A DNA stretch of 64,000 nucleotides from Macrostomum hystrix (GCA_950097015.1 CATNEN010000011.1:186001-250000), one strand, 5' to 3'; counted from the first letter of the stretch, positions 47,330 to 56,699 are shown. Notes: a model not told the origin generated them from the sequence alone. A program made the numbers and translations.

Positions 47330-48245
47330 CTAGCTTTTTTTGCCCGTTGTTTTTAAGGGAAGAAATTTAAAGCAAAGCAGTAAGCAATTCACGTCTCTGT
47401 ATTAACTTTATAGTGAAGGTCACCATTTATTTATTTACTGCATTAATGAAAAGTGAAGAGTTTGTTTAAGGGCGTTTTAAGTAAAAAATAAGTGAAAAGT
47501 TTGTCCAAAAAGCCCCCTCTTGATTACTTCTTTAGAAACATGTCTCTTAGCCACTCCTCTATACAGTCAGTGGCAGATCCAGGAATTTTGTTTTGGGGCG
47601 GTCTGTCAGGGGAGCGCCATGAGAATCACAGAGGGGGATCGGCCAGCGGCCGAAAAAGGGCGCCAGGAGCCAAGAAAGGGCCAGCGGCTGAAAAACGGGA
47701 GCCAGCGGCTGAAAAAGGGGCGCCAGCGGCCGAAAAGGGGCGCCAGTGCTGCGACTGGCGCCCCTGGTGGGGGCATCTTATTCCCATGATTAAAATTTTG
47801 GGGGGCGACTGCCCCCCTGCCCCCCTAAATCTGCCTCTGTATACAGTATGCATGTACACGCGTATACATAAGGAAAATAGCCATGGCATAACAATAACAA
47901 TGTCAAAGAAACAAAATTAAACTGTTTCAGAGTTCAGAGTTAGACAGGTCAAGGTCAATTCGTGACTACTTTTCTATTAATTGCTTGCGAGTCACCTCAA
48001 GGCCTGGGGATACACCACATTCTTCGTTCTTCCCCTTGGTGCGAAAATGAATAGGCCAGCTGGAGTTCCAACACGGGAGCAGGCGACATAAAGCTGCCCA
48101 TGCGAGAAGCAAGGAGTCTCCAGGTTGATGCCAGCCACCTTCAGCGACTGTCCCTGAGCCTTGTTAATAGTCATCGCAAAGCACACTCTCACAGGGAACT
48201 GCAGTCGCTTGAACTGAAATGGCAGGTCAGTAGTAGGGGTTATGT
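47330..48245 (-). pseudogene. Helitron 3' fragment: PIF1-helicase C-terminus and 3' terminus
   Basis: DLPFQFKRLQFPVRVCFAMTINKAQGQSL..FSHGQLYVACSRV..TKNVVY (stop at 47992); minus-strand end CCCTTAAAAACAACGGGCAAAAAAAGCTAG followed by T at 47329. Confidence 0.85.
47568..47839. mobile_element. hAT-type MITE inside the Helitron 3' region
   Basis: CAGTGGCAGATCCAG...CTAAATCTGCCTCTG imperfect TIRs; 8-bp TSD TATACAGT on both sides. Confidence 0.85.
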
Positions 48246-48435
48246 GCACTCTGCCGCAGGATTTTCCGCGGAAAAGCCACGGGCCTAGTGAGTAAACATA
48301 GGCGCCCATGTAAATGCATTGGTGGATTCTGCCGCAGGGAAAGCCGTGGCAGTTCCGGGGAGGCCCAGGTGGATTTGCTAAAAATAGAAACAAGGGAAGT
48401 GTACATTACTGACCCACTTTACAAAGCATGCCACA

Positions 48436-48611
48436 AGTATATTCACTGTTCGCTGTATATTCACGTATATTCACGTTCCGCACAATAATTTTAATGCATA
48501 GAGACCTGAAATTTCATATCGTGCGTTTCTATGGCTGGAGTAACCTTGGGGTTAGTGAGTGAACATAGGAGCCTATGTAAATGCATTGATGTGCTCTGCC
48601 GCAGGGAAAGC
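48436..48611 (+). repeat. Left inverted repeat (candidate TIR); partial direct copy at 48286-48360
   Basis: GAGACCTGAAATTTCATATCGTGCGTTTCTA..GTAACCTTGGGGTTAGTGAGTGAACATAG..CTGCCGCAGGGAAAGC is the reverse complement of 63842-64000 with several mismatches. Confidence 0.75.
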
Positions 48612-48729
48612 CGTGGGAGTTCCGGGGTGGGGTGGGGAGGTCCGGGGCTGATTTGTAAAAAATGTGGGTTAGTGGGAACTCGCGGACCATGTTTTACTAT
48701 AGCTGTATGTTTGCGGCAATGGTTTAGTC

Positions 48730-48737
48730 TATATAAG
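48730..48737 (+). promoter_or_regulatory. Candidate TATA box for the rightward gene block
   Basis: TATATAAG ~75 nt upstream of the PC4-like ATG. Confidence 0.4.
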
Positions 48738-48812
48738 TACCAAAAAATTGATTGATTCACGTGGAGCCGAAATTTTGTTTAAACGAGATAATTAATTCTG
48801 TTTAAGTTTGTC

Positions 48813-49580
48813 ATGGACATCTGCGAAGGATATAAGCTGCAAATACAGGAATATGAAGGAGTGAAATTCATTGCTATCAGAAAATTTTACCGACATGGCA
48901 GCACTGCGAGTTTGAAACCTGGAGTCCCCGGTTTCAATTTGAACATCCGGCAATGGCAGAAGCTCAAGGAACTGAAGAGATCGCTTGTCAAGGCTGCCTT
49001 GGACAACCAGCCGAAAGTTGTACAACTTGGCTTTGATAAATTCATCGAGGTGAAGGACAGCATCATCTGGCTAAAGCGACTGCCCGAGGACTGCTGCGAA
49101 GAGTTTCTTAAGCGGAACACAGTGCCGCTGACACCACCGCTGTGGCGGAAGCTGTGGCAGTACGCGGATTGGATTGACGGGCAGCTATCGGCTCAACGTG
49201 AGATGTCAGATATGTACGAGCTGGAGCCAGGATCTTCCTCGGACAGCATCAAAGGCGAAGACGGTGCTGGTGACAACGCAGACGAAACCAAACCTGCCCT
49301 GAAGATGGAAGATTCGGACGGTGCTGCTGCTGCTGATGAAGCTGCAATGTCATCCAATCTGCAAATTGATACGGAGTTCGCCACTTCAACGCCTTTGCCA
49401 CTTTCAAAGGCTGTAGCTGGAGCCATTCCTCAGCAAGACACTGATCTACAGGAGGACCCAGTCTGGTACCAATTCCGAGCTCAAGCGGCTGCAGCTGAGA
49501 ATGCTAGGAAGCGCAAGCAGCCGTCGTTTGCTCTGCGTAGATTGGATGCCATGAAGCTGCCCAAACTGCGCTTCGACTGA
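48813..49580 (+). CDS. PC4/Sub1-like ssDNA-binding/coactivator protein, probably two tandem PC4-like repeats plus acidic tail
   Basis: EYEGVKFIAIRKFY..LKPGVPGFNLNIRQWQKL matches the PC4 signature; a degenerate second repeat ends PLTPPLWRKL. Confidence 0.75.
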   Translation: MDICEGYKLQIQEYEGVKFIAIRKFYRHGSTASLKPGVPGFNLNIRQWQKLKELKRSLVKAALDNQPKVVQLGFDKFIEVKDSIIWLKRLPEDCCEEFLKRNTVPLTPPLWRKLWQYADWIDGQLSAQREMSDMYELEPGSSSDSIKGEDGAGDNADETKPALKMEDSDGAAAADEAAMSSNLQIDTEFATSTPLPLSKAVAGAIPQQDTDLQEDPVWYQFRAQAAAAENARKRKQPSFALRRLDAMKLPKLRFD

Positions 49581-49691
49581 ATGCGGACCCTCTGACACTA
49601 AAAGCAACATTTTTATCCATACTTTTTTTTCCAATTTTTTAAAAAAATATGTGCTGCTTGTGCGTTCCAACATCTTAAGAATAAATAAATT

Positions 49692-50789
49692 ATGAAAATT
49701 TTCGCCTCATTGTTTCTGAAAATGGAAAAAATTTACTTTAACCCGAATCAGCCAGCGAGTTATTGCAGTTCTTCAAAGCTTCAACATGAACTGAGAAAAA
49801 GAGATTATCACATCGGGGTTAAGGGGATTGAGCAATGGCTAAGTCAGCAGCCAGTGCATACTCTACATAAGCCGGCTAGAGTTCGATTTCAAAGGGCGCC
49901 AATAATAGTAAGAGCCATTGATGATCAGTGGGAGTTGGATCTGGTGGAAATGATTCCGTTTGCCAAATATAATCGCGGGCATAAATACATTCTTACATGT
50001 ATAGATGTTTTATCTAAATTCGCTATGGCCAGAGCTCTGAGGTCTAAAAGCGCAGCAGAAGTGCAATCAGCGTTTGAGAGCATGCTGAAGAGCTCAAAGC
50101 GGCAGCCACGCACCGTCCGCACGGATCAGGGAAAGGAGTTTATTAACACAATATTTCGCCAGTTCTGCATAGACCGCGGGATTCTGGCGTTTCCAACAAA
50201 CAGTGAGCACAAAGCTGCTGTAATAGAAAGATGGAATCGAACTTTAAAAAGCAAGATGTGGCGTTATTTTACTCACAACAGCACTCTACAATGGCTTGAT
50301 GTGCTACCTAAACTGGTCAAGTCCTATAACAATACATTCCACAGAAGCATTAAGACTACACCAATGAATGTTTGCAAAGAAAATGAGACTGACATCTGGA
50401 TGAATCTTTACGATGGGAAAGCGATTGAGACAGTTAAGAATCTGAGAAAACCGAAGTTCAGTGAAAACCAGTCTGTACGAATTTCAAATGCTCCCAGACT
50501 CTTCAGAAAGGGATACATGGCTAACTGGAGTGAAGAAGTGTATACTGTAGTGTCTAGAGCTCCAAAGCATTATCCGTATATGTACCAGATTCGAGACATG
50601 AAGGGTGAAGAGATTCGGGGACTTTTTCATGAGCATGAGTTACAGGCTGTTCCGGACTCACACCGGCTCTATGTGATTGAGAAGATTTTAAAAACTGAAA
50701 AGAGAAATGGGAAAATCCGTTATCTTGTCAAGTGGGCTGGCTACAACTCCACAGGCTGGGTGGATGAAAAGGACTTAAGAAAAGTGTAG
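49692..50789 (+). CDS. Polinton rve-type integrase with C-terminal chromodomain
   Basis: QWELDL, IDVLSKFA, RTDQGKEF, IERWNRTLK, YNNTFHRSIKTTP; chromo YVIEKILK..YLVKWAGY..W. Confidence 0.95.
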   Translation: MKIFASLFLKMEKIYFNPNQPASYCSSSKLQHELRKRDYHIGVKGIEQWLSQQPVHTLHKPARVRFQRAPIIVRAIDDQWELDLVEMIPFAKYNRGHKYILTCIDVLSKFAMARALRSKSAAEVQSAFESMLKSSKRQPRTVRTDQGKEFINTIFRQFCIDRGILAFPTNSEHKAAVIERWNRTLKSKMWRYFTHNSTLQWLDVLPKLVKSYNNTFHRSIKTTPMNVCKENETDIWMNLYDGKAIETVKNLRKPKFSENQSVRISNAPRLFRKGYMANWSEEVYTVVSRAPKHYPYMYQIRDMKGEEIRGLFHEHELQAVPDSHRLYVIEKILKTEKRNGKIRYLVKWAGYNSTGWVDEKDLRKV

Positions 50790-50818
50790 ATAAGCTGCAG
50801 ATAAAATAATCAGATATA

Positions 50819-51631
50819 ATGAGAAACATTGTCATCAACAGCAACCATGGTGAAGGTATTTCTAGTGATTTTTATTTTTACCTTGCTTCACCTCTTTACC
50901 TGGATCGAAATGTGGACTATGAGGCAGCTCTTGTGGAAATCCATCTACCTGCTGCATGGTTCAATCTTGACGAACCTTACTGCATCTCTGTCTCAGATGG
51001 AAGAGAGCATGAAACCCTGGTTCTTCAACCTGGACGCTTTGGCAGAGTGGAGGAGCTGGTGGAGTCTTTGAATGAGCTGCTAGCCAGCTCGCAGCTGCAG
51101 TTCTTTGATGCTAGAAGTGATGGAGATGCTGCAATGGAGGCTGATCAGTCAGGTCTGATGGGACATTCTGCACCTGCTGCGGACAATGGAATAAGGTGTA
51201 CAATTGACGGCTCAAGGACAGTGGTGCAGAATAACACAGCTCAGGTGGAGCTGTATCTCCCGCCTCACCGGATTCTGCAGTGGCTTGGATTCGGAAGCCA
51301 AGGATTAAAAGTCCCACCTGGGCGTCTCGTATCTGAGCAGTTCATCGGCTGCCCGCGCACCAACCTAATCAATGTGCACTGCAGCATCATTGAGTCGAAC
51401 AACTGCAACCACAGCTCCCTGCTGAGAACTGTTAGAATGAGAGATGACATTCAATGGGGTGGCTATGTGAGCAAAGTGTTTAAGAAAACGATATTCTTCA
51501 CAATTCCTAGAGTCATCTATCTACATGGTATTCGAGTGCAGTTGCGAGATATTTTTGGCAGCCTACTGATCGCGCAGTCCAGCAGTCCAGTTTTGCTAAC
51601 AATTCAGATCCGTGAAAAAAGAATTGTATGA
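50819..51631 (+). CDS. Minor capsid protein (penton, single jelly roll)
   Basis: N-terminal NS..F...L..PL.L..YEAALVEI and C-terminal INVHCSII..LLRTV..IRVQLRD..G pattern typical of Polinton minor capsid; position upstream of major capsid. Confidence 0.8.
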   Translation: MRNIVINSNHGEGISSDFYFYLASPLYLDRNVDYEAALVEIHLPAAWFNLDEPYCISVSDGREHETLVLQPGRFGRVEELVESLNELLASSQLQFFDARSDGDAAMEADQSGLMGHSAPAADNGIRCTIDGSRTVVQNNTAQVELYLPPHRILQWLGFGSQGLKVPPGRLVSEQFIGCPRTNLINVHCSIIESNNCNHSSLLRTVRMRDDIQWGGYVSKVFKKTIFFTIPRVIYLHGIRVQLRDIFGSLLIAQSSSPVLLTIQIREKRIV

Positions 51632-51996
51632 ATTACCAGCAGCTGATTCGGCATTACTCGGGAGTTCAAACCCTTGGGGAGAAACCGGTACTCTATGGTT
51701 GCGGCAGCGCTCCAGGGCTCATGACGTACCAACCTCCACCGGTTGCTACAACTGTCGGTGCAGCGCGGCTAATAGACAAAAGGGAAAGTAAAAAGCCATC
51801 TGTGCGATCGAAAAGAAAACGAAAAAATTCTGCTAAGGGTGACACAGGAAAGAAGAGTTCAAGAAAAAATCAGACGAGGGCCGGAAACAAAAAGCTTAAG
51901 AAGAAGAGAAAAACTAGGAAACAGAAAAAGGTAGCACAAGGAAAGCAAAAAATCTGCAGAAAAACTGTGAAACGCGTACTGGATTCTCTGTCCTAA
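51628..51996 (+). CDS. Small basic putative virion core/DNA-condensing protein
   Basis: K/R-rich C-terminal half; LYGC-G fits the adenain (M/L/I)xGx|G cleavage consensus; lies between the capsid genes. Confidence 0.55.
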   Translation: MNYQQLIRHYSGVQTLGEKPVLYGCGSAPGLMTYQPPPVATTVGAARLIDKRESKKPSVRSKRKRKNSAKGDTGKKSSRKNQTRAGNKKLKKKRKTRKQKKVAQGKQKICRKTVKRVLDSLS

Positions 51997-52000
51997 CAAT

Positions 52001-53281
52001 ATGGCTTACGGGTTCAACCCTAGACTCGATCTGTTCAAGGCGCCTGTGCTTCAGACCTGTATTGAGAAATCTGCTTATGTTGACATTCATCCTGTAAACT
52101 CTATTGTCGCAAACTCACCAATTGAATTTGACTGCCATCAATCAGCTGATGAGTACACTGACCTACTGAATTCGTTTCTCTATATTCGTTGTCGCGTTGT
52201 GAGATTGGGTGGTGCCCTGATCAGGGAGGATATTGTGACTGATGGAGCTGTTACCGAGCGCAGAGACAGCCAAGTGCACCCGGAGAATTTTGTTCTAGCT
52301 ACGGCCTTCTCGGATGTAATTGTCAGCATCAACCAGCGCATTGTCTCTGGAGGAGACCAGCTGTATCCCTACCATGCCTACTTCAAAGCTCTCATGAGCT
52401 CCTCCGATGCCCAGCAGCTTAAGTTTTACCCTGCTGGATTCCTGGAACCCGACTCTGCCGATGAGAGCCACACCGAGAGGCATATGATCTCCAACTGGGT
52501 GGAATATGCGGGCCCCCTCCTCAGCGATATCTTCCAGTGCCCCGTGTTCCTGCTCAACAACTTGCACCTGCACATCAAACTAGTGCCCAGCGATGGAGCC
52601 TTTGCCATTAGAGCGCCTGCCCTCAACAACACAGCTTACCGAATGGAAATTTCCCACTGCATCCTGTACCTTCGCCGTGTCAAGGTGGTGCCCCACATCA
52701 GCCTGGCTCACGAGCAGGGACTAACGAATCAAAATGCTCTCTACCCGATCGAGCGAACTGAAATGCAGAACTTCATCCTGCCCCATGGAATTCAGTCGAA
52801 GAACATTGAGGGATTCACGCATGGAAAGCTCCCGAAGTTCATCATGCTGGCATTTGTGAGCCACCGAGCCTTCAACGGTCATCACCACTCCAGCCCGTTC
52901 CAGTTCCAAAGCTTCGAGCTGAGCCAGCTAGCTCTCAAGAAAGGGGGTGAATCAATGTGCCATGGGGCATTCACACCCGAGAACAATTCGTTTGTGAGGG
53001 AGTACCTGCACTATTTGAAAAGCTGCCAATCTGCAAGCTCCAGCGGTTCAGTTCCGTGGATTCCCTACCAACTGTTCTCGAACGAGAACACAGTGTTCGC
53101 ATTCGATCTCACGCCCGAGGGAGCAGCTCTGTGGTACGGCCAGAAGGAGGGAAACCTGCGGCTGGAGATTCGCTTTCGACGGGCGCTGGATGAAGCCGTG
53201 TCGCTGATTGTTATGTGCGTCTATGACTCACTGATTGAAGTAACCAAGCACAGGGAGGTCTTGCTGGACTATTCATCTTGA
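52001..53281 (+). CDS. Major capsid protein (double jelly roll, hexon-like)
   Basis: LDLF..P..Q, PIEF, LYPY.AYF, LYPIER, LPKFIMLAFV..AFNG..SPFQFQ, FAFDLTP, GNLRLEIRF. Confidence 0.92.
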   Translation: MAYGFNPRLDLFKAPVLQTCIEKSAYVDIHPVNSIVANSPIEFDCHQSADEYTDLLNSFLYIRCRVVRLGGALIREDIVTDGAVTERRDSQVHPENFVLATAFSDVIVSINQRIVSGGDQLYPYHAYFKALMSSSDAQQLKFYPAGFLEPDSADESHTERHMISNWVEYAGPLLSDIFQCPVFLLNNLHLHIKLVPSDGAFAIRAPALNNTAYRMEISHCILYLRRVKVVPHISLAHEQGLTNQNALYPIERTEMQNFILPHGIQSKNIEGFTHGKLPKFIMLAFVSHRAFNGHHHSSPFQFQSFELSQLALKKGGESMCHGAFTPENNSFVREYLHYLKSCQSASSSGSVPWIPYQLFSNENTVFAFDLTPEGAALWYGQKEGNLRLEIRFRRALDEAVSLIVMCVYDSLIEVTKHREVLLDYSS

Positions 53282-53293
53282 GAGTACTGAAAG

Positions 53294-53809
53294 ATGGACT
53301 CAACTCAACTGTACTCTCTAACAAGGAGCTTTTTACCTAGCTCCAAAATAGTTATACTCACTCTCTGCTTAAAGCAGAGAGCTGTCACTGTAAATGCGGG
53401 CCAGAATTTGATGAAAAATTCCTTCAGCCGAAATAAAATAATTTTCATTCTGCTAAAACACAGCGTCAGTTTTGGACACTGGGTTGTATGCCACTTTGCT
53501 GATGGAAATACAGTGGAGTTATTCAATTCCCTTGGTTGGGATGAAGAAGCTTTAGCTGTAATTCATGAATACTTGAAGGATATAGGCGGGATGGTTCAAT
53601 TTCAACTGGTTTGCAACGTCAATAAAATCCAAACCGCTCAGTCGGTCAAGTGCGGCCTGTTTTGTGTCTACTTTGCCCACCAGAGGCTAGCTTTGAAGCG
53701 GTCCTTCCTGGGTATTCTCACGAGTCTGCATGCAAAGGAGAAATGTCACCTGAACGATAAAGTACTCAGGCAATTTGAAGTTTGCTTAAGAAAAACCCAG
53801 AAGCCTTGA
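53294..53809 (+). CDS. Adenain-like cysteine maturation protease
   Basis: GHWV..FNSLG..IQ..SVKCGLFCVYF catalytic motif order. Confidence 0.85.
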   Translation: MDSTQLYSLTRSFLPSSKIVILTLCLKQRAVTVNAGQNLMKNSFSRNKIIFILLKHSVSFGHWVVCHFADGNTVELFNSLGWDEEALAVIHEYLKDIGGMVQFQLVCNVNKIQTAQSVKCGLFCVYFAHQRLALKRSFLGILTSLHAKEKCHLNDKVLRQFEVCLRKTQKP

Positions 53810-53835
53810 GTATATTCTGAAAGTCTATTGAAGAG

Positions 53836-54486
53836 ATGGAATCTCATAAGAAAGCATGCTACGATGTTCGCCTGCGTCAGGGCAGCTGCATGATTGTCAG
53901 CGGTCCCACAAATGCGGGAAAGACAACCTTCGTGAAGCATCTAATTCAGTATAGGGAAGTCCTATTCGACATTCAACCTGGCAGAGTGCTCTGGTACTAT
54001 GGGATTCCACAGCCGGCACATGCTGAGCTAAGCAGCATGGGGGTCCACTTGCAGCAGGGATTCCCCTCCAACTTTGAGACAGCACTCAGACCCAATGACC
54101 TGGTAGTGTTTGACGACTTGATTGACGAAAGCTCAAGTTCTGCTTCAATGCGAAATATCTTTACTGGAATAGCCCATCATCTGCCCTGCTTTTTGGTGAT
54201 GCTGACTCAGAACATGTTTTTCAAGGGAAAGGAGTTGCGGACGATGAGTTTGAATGCCATGTACTTCGTAATCATGAAGAACCCCAGAGATCAGCTGCAG
54301 ATCGCAGCGCTGGGCAGGCAGTGCTTTGCAGAGAAGCCCGGCTTCCTGTTGTCAGTGTTCAAGCACGTGACATCACAGGGTAGGGGGGCTTATCTATTTC
54401 TTGACTTTCACCCATCCACAGCCGATGAATTGAGAGTGCGAGCTCGAATCCTACCCAATCAGCGACCCCACCTTGTCTATGCTTAA
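53836..54486 (+). CDS. Packaging ATPase (A32/FtsK-HerA family)
   Basis: Walker A GPTNAGKT, Walker B VVFDD, HH..LTQN..R..SLNA.Y..KNPRD. Confidence 0.93.
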   Translation: MESHKKACYDVRLRQGSCMIVSGPTNAGKTTFVKHLIQYREVLFDIQPGRVLWYYGIPQPAHAELSSMGVHLQQGFPSNFETALRPNDLVVFDDLIDESSSSASMRNIFTGIAHHLPCFLVMLTQNMFFKGKELRTMSLNAMYFVIMKNPRDQLQIAALGRQCFAEKPGFLLSVFKHVTSQGRGAYLFLDFHPSTADELRVRARILPNQRPHLVYA

Positions 54487-54536
54487 GAATAACTGTTGTG
54501 CTTTTCTACTAGAATTTGTAATCTATAATGTCGAAA

Positions 54537-54886
54537 TGGATGCACTCGATTTTCATGCAAATATTTTTGCCATCCTTGCATCATCAAAATATTCTATCAG
54601 ACTTAAGCGACTGCTAATAAAAGCAAGTCCAAAAGCTGTTCGCAACTTTCTTATCGAGGCCTGTTACAACTTGTTGCAAAACACTTTGTCTTTCTCACCA
54701 ACTGAAAAAGCAACGCTGGTAAAGCAGAAGAAAATAATACGGAAAATTTCTGTGCATAGAAGAACTGTTGATCTGCTAAATACTGGTTTCATCAATATTC
54801 TCCATCTTCTATTGAGTCTTGTGAAGAAAAAGAAAGAAAATGAACAAGTTCTCAGAAATGGTTCTGATATCCAAATCGGAGTATGA
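54537..54886 (+). CDS. Small conserved Polinton alpha-helical protein
   Basis: LLIKAS..FLIEACYNLLQN.L..EK..L.KQKKIIRKI pattern recalled from Polinton small ORFs; start taken at the second Met. Confidence 0.55.
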
Positions 54887-55541
54887 CATGCTGACTCAAA
54901 GTTTGAAGCCCGTTGAGTCTGAAGCCGATGCTGCCATTAAGTATGCTCAGAGGAAATGTGATGATATTTTATTCACCCAGGATTTCCCCGATGATGTAAA
55001 AGCCGCCATGTACAATGATGCGAGAAACAGTTTGCTGGCTAAGCGCAAGCGGACTGAAAAAGATGGTGCTGTGTGTGGGAGTGACACCAAAATTATGCGA
55101 ACGGTTAATTCAGCAACCAGATGGGGAGAGACGATCAGCCAATCGGTACCACAGAAGTTCAAGGCCAGAGCCCGCAGTCTATGGGCCATCCTATCTGATA
55201 ATCCCTCCCTCATCCAGGTGTTTGAAAACGGTGAGGTGCAAATGGCTGGGCAGAGAATACCATCCTCAAACATCATGGATCTGTTTCATACTGCGGTGAG
55301 GGATTCGAAATGCGACAGCGAGCCGGTGGGCTGGAGTGAGTTTGTTTCATTGCTTCAAGACAGCAAGCTAAACATTCCTGCTTCAGCGATAGGGAAATCA
55401 GTAAGAAAGCTTATTTCAAAGCCAGCAGCCTCTCTAGAAGCGGAAGCTCTAGACTGTGCTCATCATACAGTCAAGGGACTTGGGAGCGAGAGAGCCTGGT
55501 TACAGCTGGGCAGAAAGAAACTATTTAAGAAAGGAAACTAA
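54840..55541 (+). CDS. Conserved Polinton protein (PZ-like)
   Basis: EMVLISK, GEV..G.RIPSSNIMDL, P.GW.EF..L..NIPAS.IG. Confidence 0.7.
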   Translation: MNKFSEMVLISKSEYDMLTQSLKPVESEADAAIKYAQRKCDDILFTQDFPDDVKAAMYNDARNSLLAKRKRTEKDGAVCGSDTKIMRTVNSATRWGETISQSVPQKFKARARSLWAILSDNPSLIQVFENGEVQMAGQRIPSSNIMDLFHTAVRDSKCDSEPVGWSEFVSLLQDSKLNIPASAIGKSVRKLISKPAASLEAEALDCAHHTVKGLGSERAWLQLGRKKLFKKGN

Positions 55542-55585
55542 ATCGGCTGTCTGTATTTTCTTTCGCCTGCAATTCGATATCGCCG

Positions 55586-56455
55586 ATGATGAACTATATT
55601 GACTTCCAAGGCTTTCCATGCGAAAGATCAAGTAGTGGTTTCGTTGTGAAGGAACTGGCGGTTGTTCAAGTCCGAGCAGGCAGTTACAATATCACTCATC
55701 ATCTTTATTCCTCACCATATGCATGGGAAATGATCTCGCCTGAGATGCAAGTGCACTACAGAAAACTCTCAAGGAATCTGCACCGGCTCAAATGGAACGA
55801 TGGAACCCGATCTTACAAGAAATTCAAAACTGACATTCCTAATATTTCTTATGGCCCAACTTGGACTAGCGGAGCGAGGAAGTCCGTTTTTCTAACTGAA
55901 CTTCTTGGCCAACAGGTGTACAACCTTGAGGACCTGGGAGGGCCTTTAGTCGAACAATCTGATGCCGGCTGCGCATTAAAAAATGCATTAAGGTACTACA
56001 GCTGGCTGAAGCCCAAGTTTTCCATAAGCTTAAGAAGCGAGGTGTGTCAGCACCATTCAAAAGGCATCAGCACTTTCAACGAAATCAGCAACTACACTAC
56101 CGCTAGCAGAAAAAACATCGGAAATGAGTACACCTGTGACAACTCTGAGAGTGACCAACCTGGTCGGTGGCGTGGATCTGAGACTGGCTGGAGGCAGGGG
56201 CGCCCAACTTCCTCTACGGGAACTGGCTCTCAGCATGGCTCATGTCATCTACCGACCCGTTTGGCCCCGAGTGCTCATCAAGAGGATGCGGGATCCGGGA
56301 GTCACTCTTCTGCTCTATCCCACCGGTCAACTGAGCATCTGTGGCGCCCGGAGCTACTCGGACTCAGTCAGGGCTGCCCGTCGCTTCGTGGCTATGCTGC
56401 ATCGCAGAGTGCCTGCTCAACTGCTGCCTCATCAGTCCATTTGTGTACGAATTAA
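55586..56455 (+). CDS. DnaQ/DEDD-like exonuclease-fold protein with extended C-terminus overlapping the TBP ORF
   Basis: YIDFQGF..FVVKELA, HRLKWNDG, G.RK..FL, NLEDLG.P, CA.KN..Y.W as in Maverick-associated proteins; recognisable part ends at ~aa 145. Confidence 0.65.
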   Translation: MMNYIDFQGFPCERSSSGFVVKELAVVQVRAGSYNITHHLYSSPYAWEMISPEMQVHYRKLSRNLHRLKWNDGTRSYKKFKTDIPNISYGPTWTSGARKSVFLTELLGQQVYNLEDLGGPLVEQSDAGCALKNALRYYSWLKPKFSISLRSEVCQHHSKGISTFNEISNYTTASRKNIGNEYTCDNSESDQPGRWRGSETGWRQGRPTSSTGTGSQHGSCHLPTRLAPSAHQEDAGSGSHSSALSHRSTEHLWRPELLGLSQGCPSLRGYAASQSACSTAASSVHLCTN

Positions 56456-56699
56456 AACTATTAGTGCACATGGAAAGATTGACTTGCCTAACCCCCAATG
56501 CTTGACAAGCCTCAGTGATGTGCTACCGAATGCTAGATATGAACCTGAAAGTTTTTCTGCATTAGTGTGTCAGCTCGAATACTGTAAATGTATGCTTTTT
56601 CACAATGGCTCATTTGTGCTCAGTGGGGCAAAGTCAGAACATATGCTGCAATCGGACCTATCCTTCCTAGCAGGCTTGCTGACGGCTGTACGCAAATAA
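56124..56699 (+). CDS. TBP: TATA-box binding protein homologue (both core repeats, no N-terminal extension)
   Basis: LRVTNLVGGVDL, LRELAL..YRP, RMRDP..LLYPTG..CGARS, AARRF, YEPESF, LFHNGSFVLSGAKS and terminal RK align colinearly with the TBP core. Confidence 0.9.
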   Translation: MSTPVTTLRVTNLVGGVDLRLAGGRGAQLPLRELALSMAHVIYRPVWPRVLIKRMRDPGVTLLLYPTGQLSICGARSYSDSVRAARRFVAMLHRRVPAQLLPHQSICVRIKTISAHGKIDLPNPQCLTSLSDVLPNARYEPESFSALVCQLEYCKCMLFHNGSFVLSGAKSEHMLQSDLSFLAGLLTAVRK

